DNA from: a virus
Taxonomy: Duplodnaviria; Caudoviricetes
Strand: one strand, 5' to 3'
Length of the DNA stretch: 25,706 bases
IMG/VR virus record: IMGVR_UViG_3300014656_000117
Span: 1 to 25,706 of that record
Of the stretch, positions 15,812-23,300 are shown piece after piece (positions within the stretch are counted from its first letter, which is position 1; every line of letters begins with the position of its first letter). Position numbers and translations under genes: made by a program. Below the pieces are notes generated by a model. That model ran no database searches. It was not told the DNA's origin and was given only the letters and a program-made list of their open reading frames with translations.

Positions 15812-16225
15812 CTATTTCTTTACCATCTTGATGAACTTCATTAAAGCCAGCAAGACAGTTGGCTCAATATTCAACTCTATGGTAGAGGGTATTTCAACCA
15901 CATCAAGCACGATTTCAATTTCCTTTGACATCAGTTCATTATATTCTGAAATGAACTTTACGGCTTGAGGATTCTCAACCATCTTTTTGTTGTCGTCCTC
16001 TATCATAGGTTGTGGCGGTCGTAGCTGTCGTGGATTTTCGGGGTCGGGTGCACCATAGGTTTCAAACAATCCCTGGCGAACCTGCTCGATAATTCTTACT
16101 TGAGGGTCAAGTTTAGATGCCAGAACTGCCAGCCCATAGCTGACTGCAAATGGTGGCTTTTCCGCCAGCAGTTTCTGAAGTGGTTCCTTTGCACTAAAGA
16201 TTTCTCCGCTTGTTAGTTTCATCAT
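15812..16225 (-). CDS. DUF1617-like phage protein (possible fibre chaperone)
   Basis: KLTSGEI..LQKL...VSYGLA...EQVRQGLFETYG...EYNELM..EIEI pattern. Confidence 0.6.
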   Translation of the reverse strand: MMKLTSGEIFSAKEPLQKLLAEKPPFAVSYGLAVLASKLDPQVRIIEQVRQGLFETYGAPDPENPRQLRPPQPMIEDDNKKMVENPQAVKFISEYNELMSKEIEIVLDVVEIPSTIELNIEPTVLLALMKFIKMVKK

Positions 16226-16283
16226 TCCCTCCGTTTATTTATAGTGGGGGCTAGTTAAAGCCCAGCCCCCGAAGGCTTGAAGT

Positions 16284-17525
16284 TTAGGTAGTTGCGTCAG
16301 CGTAGATGCGTATCCACTTGACTGCACCACCGCCAACAGAGAAGAATGGTACGCTACCAATAGCAGCAGCCGTTGGGGTAGCTGCCTGATATCCAAGTGC
16401 TCTAGCAGCATCGTTGACGTTGAACATGGCATCAATCACATTGAAGGCATCTGATGCGTAGTTGAGTTCCCAGATAGACAACCATGCAGGATTACTTGCC
16501 AGTAAGGATGTGTATTTCTGCATGGAAATATAAGCACTGGTTAGTGTCGCACCAGCATCCCAGATGCCATCATTGCGCAGGTCTAAATAACCTGCAATCG
16601 TAGCAGCAGCGCCAAGATTAAGCCACATGGATGACAAGTCTGCACGTGTAGATGCCCCAGTAATGTTGGCGGAGATATTGACGATGCCATCACCATCTAC
16701 TGTTCCTGGAGTTGCCCAATCACCACTGAGTTTGAATATCCTGTCGTTAGCTGCTATCACTGAGAAGTCGTGGCTGATATAGTTCTCCGCGATGCTCTGA
16801 ACCAGGTACTTGGCATAATGCACACCAGAGACAACCATCGAGCACTTCAGGGTGTGCATGTCTGCCGAGAGTAGTTTGCCGATAGCCGGAGTAAGGCCAG
16901 TTATTAACATGAACTTACCATCGGTGTCAAAGTCGGCGATACCAGCTCCACTAGCACCGCAATACAGGAAGCCAGCGTCAGAACCCCAGGGGGTGATGGT
17001 TGAACTGGTTTGGAAAACTACCTCGCTCTCTAAGCCATAGTAGGCTCCCCTGGCAGCCGCATTGGGCAAGCGTATCTCGCCATTGACACCTGACAGAAGA
17101 CCTGTGCTTCCACCAGAATCGTTGCAGTCTACGTAGCCTTTAAGCCCATTGGCATAGCCACCCAGTAACACATCGGTTATCAGTTGTGACTCTAATGGCC
17201 TTCCGGTAGCGCCAGCTACCTCCCAGACCTCGAAAAAGCCCAGGTCAGCTAACGCAACCTCACTGTGAAAAAGTAGTGTGCCTACGGCATGAGCTACTCC
17301 TGTAGTGCCTCTCTGCGCCCTCGTTACAGTGAGCGTCTTGGTAACTGTGGTGACGGTCGTAACCCAAACGCACTCCGCCTTATCCGTGGTGTCCTCAAGA
17401 ATAGCCATGAAGGGGGCGGTAGGAATACTGGTAACGCTTTCAAGCACAATGGAAGTAGCGGTTGCCGTTAGCGCAGTCGTGATACGGGATTGGAATTTTT
17501 TTAGTAAATGTAAAGCTGTATCCAT
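16284..17525 (-). CDS. virion head fibre/decoration protein
   Basis: N-terminal TTALTATATSIVL...LTVTRAQRGTTGVAH domain common in phage virion proteins; Ala/Gly/Thr-rich; directly after the capsid gene. Confidence 0.6.
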   Translation of the reverse strand: MDTALHLLKKFQSRITTALTATATSIVLESVTSIPTAPFMAILEDTTDKAECVWVTTVTTVTKTLTVTRAQRGTTGVAHAVGTLLFHSEVALADLGFFEVWEVAGATGRPLESQLITDVLLGGYANGLKGYVDCNDSGGSTGLLSGVNGEIRLPNAAARGAYYGLESEVVFQTSSTITPWGSDAGFLYCGASGAGIADFDTDGKFMLITGLTPAIGKLLSADMHTLKCSMVVSGVHYAKYLVQSIAENYISHDFSVIAANDRIFKLSGDWATPGTVDGDGIVNISANITGASTRADLSSMWLNLGAAATIAGYLDLRNDGIWDAGATLTSAYISMQKYTSLLASNPAWLSIWELNYASDAFNVIDAMFNVNDAARALGYQAATPTAAAIGSVPFFSVGGGAVKWIRIYADATT

Positions 17526-17553
17526 TTTATGTGTCCTCCTTTCTTAGATTTTC

Positions 17554-18687
17554 TTAGGCTGCATCGTATAGTCTGACGGCCAGTTCGGGAGTGAGTGTCT
17601 TGAAGCCGCAGAGTATCGAGAAGGTGATAACGTTCTTAAACTGCGAACCCACATAGTCGTAGACTACATTAACAGTCAGCCCCTTATAGTTCATGGTTGC
17701 ACCCTTAGCTCCGCCAATCGGTGCGGCTATAGGAGCAGTTACCAGGGCAAAGGCGTTCTTGTGGAACATCAGGTTTTCCTTGCTGGTGGTGAGCGTTGTC
17801 TTGAAAGTAACTACCTCAGTGCCGAGTGGCGTAGCAACCTTCAGGGCAGGCCAGAAACTTATGGTCGCAGCAGCTCCACCGATAACAGAGTCAGCCGTTA
17901 CCACGTACTTCTGAGAATCACCAGCGATTTCAAAAATAGTACCATCGTAGATTGTTCCAGCAGCGCCGAGTGCGCTTACCACCATGCTCGTAACGCCAGC
18001 GAGAGAGATAGCCGCAGTCCCAGCTGCATCGGCAGTAATACTGGCATCAGTAACATGGTTCTGGATATTCTGGTTCTCAAAGAACTCGTAGCTGAATATG
18101 CGCCCTAGTGAAGCGTCACGTAGAGCCTTGGTGCTACCAGTCTTATCCAGTCCTCTGAAGGCTTCCAGCGCCAGCAAAGCGGCAGTAGTTAATGGAGACA
18201 TAACCGCATAGCGACTGACTCCGAATGGTGCCTTGTTGTCAACATGAACTTTTCGGGCATCCAAGATATCGGACACGGCGGTTGCGCCTGTGGTGTCTGA
18301 ATAGTAGGGAACATCTTTGTAGAGCTTTGCCAATTCAACATCAATCTTCTGCGCAAGAGCCTGCATAGCAGGTTCAACTATTTGGGTATTGAAACTGACG
18401 ATATCGAGGGTGAGGTCTGTTGCCAGGACTTCCACCGGGACAACCAGAATTTTGTCTAGCAGAATATCTATGTAACTCTCAGTGATGTTCTGGTATTCAC
18501 CAGTCAGGTCGCCATCAAACTCAATAGCGGTGAGAAGTGCTGGTTTACGTATCCTTACGGTATTCCCCACTTTACGGAATTCTTTTGCGTAGTCCCTGTA
18601 TACTAAACCGGCAAACATCAGATTGTTTAGAAGTGTGGGTAATGCCAGCTTTGCTACAACAGTTGGTGTTATAAATGTATTAGCCAT
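17554..18687 (-). CDS. major capsid protein, P22 coat protein family
   Basis: MANTFITP.VVAK.AL..L.NNL.FA.LVYRDY, GNTVRIRKP, PAMQALAQKID, NLMFHKNAFALV, GFKTLTPELAVRL. Confidence 0.92.
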   Translation of the reverse strand: MANTFITPTVVAKLALPTLLNNLMFAGLVYRDYAKEFRKVGNTVRIRKPALLTAIEFDGDLTGEYQNITESYIDILLDKILVVPVEVLATDLTLDIVSFNTQIVEPAMQALAQKIDVELAKLYKDVPYYSDTTGATAVSDILDARKVHVDNKAPFGVSRYAVMSPLTTAALLALEAFRGLDKTGSTKALRDASLGRIFSYEFFENQNIQNHVTDASITADAAGTAAISLAGVTSMVVSALGAAGTIYDGTIFEIAGDSQKYVVTADSVIGGAAATISFWPALKVATPLGTEVVTFKTTLTTSKENLMFHKNAFALVTAPIAAPIGGAKGATMNYKGLTVNVVYDYVGSQFKNVITFSILCGFKTLTPELAVRLYDAA

Positions 18688-18706
18688 ATTAGACCTACCT
18701 CCTTAC

Positions 18707-19426
18707 TTAAGAGGAGGCTTTTTCAAGTGCCTTTTCCACAGCAGCAATAGAGCTTCCCTCTACGTTCTCTGCGGTAAGGGTTCCAACTCCACCACCAGTT
18801 CCTTCGCCTGAGTCGGAGAATAGTTCCGGTGCTTCCCCACTTGGGATTTCTTCGCTTTCTAATTCGGAACCAGGTTCCTTTGCAGGTTTAGCGCCAGCAA
18901 GCCTTTCAGCTACTCTTTCGAGAACTTCGGGGTCGCTGATACCTAGTGACTCCAGTGCATCAGGTTCCAGACCATGTTTGGCCGCAAGGAAGGCGACTGA
19001 TACTACGTGTCTGTCCTTGTCAACCGCTTCGCGGTCAGCCTTAACTTGCTCTTCACGTCTAGCCAGGTCTCTGATTTTGTCCTGAAGTTCCTTCTCCTGC
19101 TTGATAGTAGCCTGTTCCCGTTGATAGGCGCTTAGTGTCTCGGAACCTCCAGCCCTTGCCTCAGCATACCGGGACTCATTCTGTTCTCTCTCAAGGTTGT
19201 CGAGTCTACTATTTGTAGCCTCAAGTCTGTCTTTGAGAGCATCCCTTTCCAGTTCTGCCGCTTTCCGTTGCCTTCCGGCCTCGGCAGCAGCATCGCTTCT
19301 GATTTTGGCAAGCGCTTCTTCGGTGTAGAGTTTACCCTTGTCTTTTGAAGTTCCCTTCGTTCCGCTAGAAGACCCACCAGGCTCAGCCGTTAGGTTGTCC
19401 TTGCTTCCCTTAGTTTCGTCCGGCAT
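18707..19426 (-). CDS. capsid scaffolding protein (start revised to MPDETKG)
   Basis: acidic, coiled-coil-rich; directly upstream of the capsid gene; GGGAGG RBS before ATG 19426. Confidence 0.75.
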   Translation of the reverse strand: MPDETKGSKDNLTAEPGGSSSGTKGTSKDKGKLYTEEALAKIRSDAAAEAGRQRKAAELERDALKDRLEATNSRLDNLEREQNESRYAEARAGGSETLSAYQREQATIKQEKELQDKIRDLARREEQVKADREAVDKDRHVVSVAFLAAKHGLEPDALESLGISDPEVLERVAERLAGAKPAKEPGSELESEEIPSGEAPELFSDSGEGTGGGVGTLTAENVEGSSIAAVEKALEKASS

Positions 19427-19505
19427 TTTGAAAATTCCTCCCTTGATATAAAATAACCTCACGTTAAGATTCCGCAAGGTTCGGTGAATTCTTTATAATT
19501 AGGTA

Positions 19506-19534
19506 TTGACAAATACGAGTATGTATGTTAGTAT
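19506..19534 (+). promoter_or_regulatory. sigma70-type promoter, probably leaderless
   Basis: TTGACA-17 bp-TAGTAT (TGn extended)-gtaggt-ATG. Confidence 0.8.
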
Positions 19535-19540
19535 GTAGGT

Positions 19541-19852
19541 ATGAACCATGCTCCGTTGAGTGCATTGAGTGGCAATCGGCAATTCTATTTGTTAGTAAAA
19601 GCCTTTGTTTTTACTTTGGACAATGGTAAATGTCATATCTGCCATAAACCCATATCTTACAAAAAGGCTACACTTGACCACATAATCCCAGTTTGTAATA
19701 TTCATATACATTCTAGTAATGAATATTGGAATTTGCGTCTTGCTCACCACAGTTGTAATATTTTAAGAAATAATGGCAAAATAGCTGGTCAGTTACGTTT
19801 ACCAATCCCCAAACAAATTACTTGCGGAGGTAAGATATATGCCTTGTCCTGA
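19541..19852 (+). CDS. HNH endonuclease
   Basis: GKCHICHKP...TLDHIIP...NLRLAHHSCNILRNN. Confidence 0.9.
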   Translation: MNHAPLSALSGNRQFYLLVKAFVFTLDNGKCHICHKPISYKKATLDHIIPVCNIHIHSSNEYWNLRLAHHSCNILRNNGKIAGQLRLPIPKQITCGGKIYALS

Positions 19853-19958
19853 ATGCAAATCTAAAAAAGTAACAAAGGCTGGTTTTACTTGGCATAATCG
19901 GCTTAAGGTACAACGATATAGATGTGTAAATTGTGGCCGATTATTTACTAAAACTTAA
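19839..19958 (+). CDS. 39-aa InsA(IS1)-like zinc-ribbon microprotein (not in the ORF track)
   Basis: MPCPECKSKKVTKAGFTWHNRLKVQRYRCVNCGRLFTKT*; GGAGGT RBS. Confidence 0.85.
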   Translation: MPCPECKSKKVTKAGFTWHNRLKVQRYRCVNCGRLFTKT

Positions 19959-19995
19959 ATCCCCCTACTGGGATAGACCAAGAAAACATAAATAG
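19957..19995 (+). pseudogene. 3' remnant of a KSPYW-type zinc-ribbon gene
   Basis: AAA TCC CCC TAC TGG GAT AGA CCA AGA AAA CAT AAA TAG = KSPYWDRPRKHK*, matching the tail of 2270..2401 (CKSPYWNKERA*). Confidence 0.6.
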
Positions 19996-20094
19996 GAGGA
20001 AGAATGCTCAAGGTTTTTACGAAGTATGACAGCGTTCCGTTCACTATAAAGAAGTGTTAGAAGGAGTTAAATTCGTTTACTATGAGGAGGAGAT

Positions 20095-20340
20095 ATGAAG
20101 AAAGAAATAAAAAGATTATACCATTCTTTATTTGGACATGACCGTTGTTTCACATGGCAAAAGCGTGAAAAAGTTGGGGGCAGGACTGTGTATAGCGACC
20201 TTGCCTGTTCCTGCGGTAGTCGCCAACAAACAACTTGGCATAAAAAAGAGGGAGGTAAAGGTGGGTATAAACCTGTCAGGGCATTCGACACATCTCCGTT
20301 CCCCCTTTTCCACTGGCGGAATCGTCCTTTACACGAATGA
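20095..20340 (+). CDS. hypothetical protein
   Basis: 81 aa, GAGGAGG RBS; converges on the giant gene. Confidence 0.6.
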   Translation: MKKEIKRLYHSLFGHDRCFTWQKREKVGGRTVYSDLACSCGSRQQTTWHKKEGGKGGYKPVRAFDTSPFPLFHWRNRPLHE

Positions 20341-20369
20341 TAAGGTATTCAAGGGTTAGGAGCTTCCCT

Positions 20370-23300
20370 TTATCTCTTTAGCCTCTCTTCCATTTTCTTT
20401 ACATCTTCTGCCAATCTCTCCTGTGGAGTTAATGAACCCCCGCGTATCTTCTCAGAGATTGGCACAGTTACCTTGCCAGTGAGTAGCAACCAAGCATCAA
20501 GGTCACGGTGGTCAAATCTCAAATCTTCCCTCGGTTTACCTTTTATCAGGTCAAGATATTCTTTATAGAGAGCGTGAACTTTCCTTGTTGGAACTTTGGC
20601 GAGTTGTTTATCCTTAGACTTTTGATTCCATACAGGTTCTCCGGCAGAGTCACGCAGAGCCAGCATATTCTTATAGAATTCAGGATGCTCGATTAAGTAC
20701 CAATCATCTTCATAGTAGGTTTCATTAGGATTATCCTTAAAGAATGGGTCAATAGATTTGGCTTTGTCGGTAAAAGGTATCTCGTAGTAACCTACATAAT
20801 CATCCAGCGTGTTATCTGGCAACTTCAAAAGTAGACCATCTCTCTTGTGTTTGTCCTGCCTGTATTTAGGATTAGTAGTCAGTAATTGCTCCCTGTACTT
20901 TGTCCTGTCATCTTCGTCAGCTTTGTAGAACTCCGACTTATTATCAGAGGCTCCCATATATTGGAAGTCTAATTCAATGTTGTCTTCCCATAACCCACGC
21001 CACTTGGAATTAGGTACATTGTCAAAGTTCACATCTTCCAACTCAAGGAGGCCAACATAGATATCTTTGTAGAACAGTGGGTGGTCGAATAAATACCACT
21101 CATCCCCATACCAAGTCATGTCATCAGGATAATCCACTTGCCTTTTTTCAGCGTTTAGAGAATCAAATTCAACAAACCTGTCAATGTATTTCTCTGGGAC
21201 AAAGAAGCGATACCCCTTTCTTTTTATCTCAGCAGTACCAAACTCTGTGAGTTTGCCATCTGGACTAAAACGTAATTCATAGGTAGCCTGCTCTCTTGGA
21301 GTTCTACCAGTTATCGGGTCTGTGTAAGCAACTGCCTCTCCTGTTACTGGGTCAGTGACGATTGGATTCTCAACAAAGTAGAAATCCTCTGGTTTGTCAG
21401 CACCATCTATTCTATCAAACTGCTCAGGGAATTGGTCATAGATGTCATCAAACTGGACAGCAGGCACATCTTTTGGCAAAGGTAAGTCAGCAAGTTTTCC
21501 AGTATCATATAATGCTTGGGCAAATGGAGAATATGCTTTAGCAACAGGGTCATAGCCTTCAAGTAACATCCTCTCCTGTCTTTTTCCTTTAACCCCATAC
21601 TCAGAATAGGTAACATAGTCCTCAACCATAGTTGATGGGAGTCTATAATCAGTCTTAGAGTTGCTAAGTTCTAGCGCATCTCTCCTGAGTCTGTCTTGGC
21701 GATACTGTTCATTATTAGGTTGCTGTAACCATTCAGTACGAAGATTTATACCAGTCTTAGGATTCTTGGCATCTGGGTCGATAGCGTCATATTCCACATC
21801 TTCAGTGCGATATTTAACATCTATCCTCCATCTCGGAACCAGGTAGTTATCAAGATATTCCCTGTCTGCATCCAATGGCTCGGCTTTTTGCTTGCCATGA
21901 TAATCCTCATTCATCAGGTACTCATCGAGAGCTGGATTATCGTATCTGTTAAGTCTAGCCTCGGCGCTTAAACCACTCGTCTCATCCACTATCTGCATGT
22001 GCTCGACATAGGCATTAACTATTTCAGGGTCAACTGGAACTACCCTTGTCCCTTTGCCCATAGCATCCACACGGCGTTCTATATCGTGAAAAGTCTCATC
22101 GCCTACCTTTGTTGCCCTTACTTCGACATAAGCCCTATCCTTTGCCGTTAATCCGTTCTCGTCTTTTATGATGTCGTCCAGCTTTTCATTTTCCCTAATC
22201 TCGTCAAGTTTACCAAAGAGTTCAGAGTTATCCACTCTCATTTGTAGATATTCCACCGACTCATCGGAAATCTTGAGCTTGTGCCAAGTGGCATAAGATT
22301 CAACTTCCGCCTCTTCCGCAGCCAGATGGTCTTTGAGCAATAGCAATCTTGCTTCAACACTACCGTGAGTTCCCTCACCTACCATCTTCTCATAGTCAAA
22401 ATGGGTTTGCGCTAGATTCTCTGGCGGCATATTATCAGGCCATGAAGATTTAGGATAGTCCAGTTCTTTTAGTAATCTAATCCCCTCCGTATATGCTTCC
22501 ATCGTAAGGAAGTCAGCCTTACCATGCATGGCAACCAGGGCATTTTCTTTTGGGTGGTTCCTGTACCAATCTTGCCTTTGATTGGTATTTATGTCAGGAT
22601 TATCAATGAGATATTGTTTCCGTTCCTCTACAGGTAATGAGTAGTATTCTATCAGAGACACATAATCAGTCTGGCTCATATTGCCTTGTTCTGCCTGTAG
22701 AAACTTTTTATCATAAGCCTTTACAGCATCATCTCCCTTATATTCTATGATTTTGTAAGTGCCATCCGTTTGCAATTCAGAACTTGTCCATACTGCGTCA
22801 TCACCAGCATCAACAAGATTCTCTCTGTCATTCCATTGTTCCCGGTACTGGACAAATGTATCATCCTTTGCAGGGTCAGCGTTGATAGAGATTAACTTCT
22901 GGTTTGGTATTTCATTTGCTTGGTCGAGTATCCTTTTAGCCTCAACCATAGTCTTTACTTTGGGGTCATACCCCTTCTTTTCTGTAAGAGTTTCAGGGTC
23001 TACTCCCTTAAATTGGCTTGCTGTATCTGCCCACAAGTCCTCAATATCATATCTGGGCTGGTTATCTTCATATTTAGATAATCCCAATTTATTAACATTT
23101 TCTTTCCAGTCTCCAGTATAAGTCTGGACACCAGCGCCAACTATAGCCGGAAGAGCAACTTGAAAAGCAGTAGTTGGGTCATCAATATATGCTTCGTGAA
23201 TATCCCATATAGAGAAGGGTGCTACCCTTTCAATCCACTGTCTAGGATTATCCCACTCAACTTTTTCCCCAATAAAGTTTTTTCCACTAACAAATTCCAG

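Noticed and set aside
19839-19958. IS1 insertion sequence
   Set aside because: Only the InsA-like zinc ribbon is present; no DDE transposase, terminal inverted repeats or target duplication were seen
20004-20060. 18-codon ORF MLKVFTKYDSVPFTIKKC with GGAGG RBS
   Set aside because: Too short to support as a gene; may be a decayed remnant in the island
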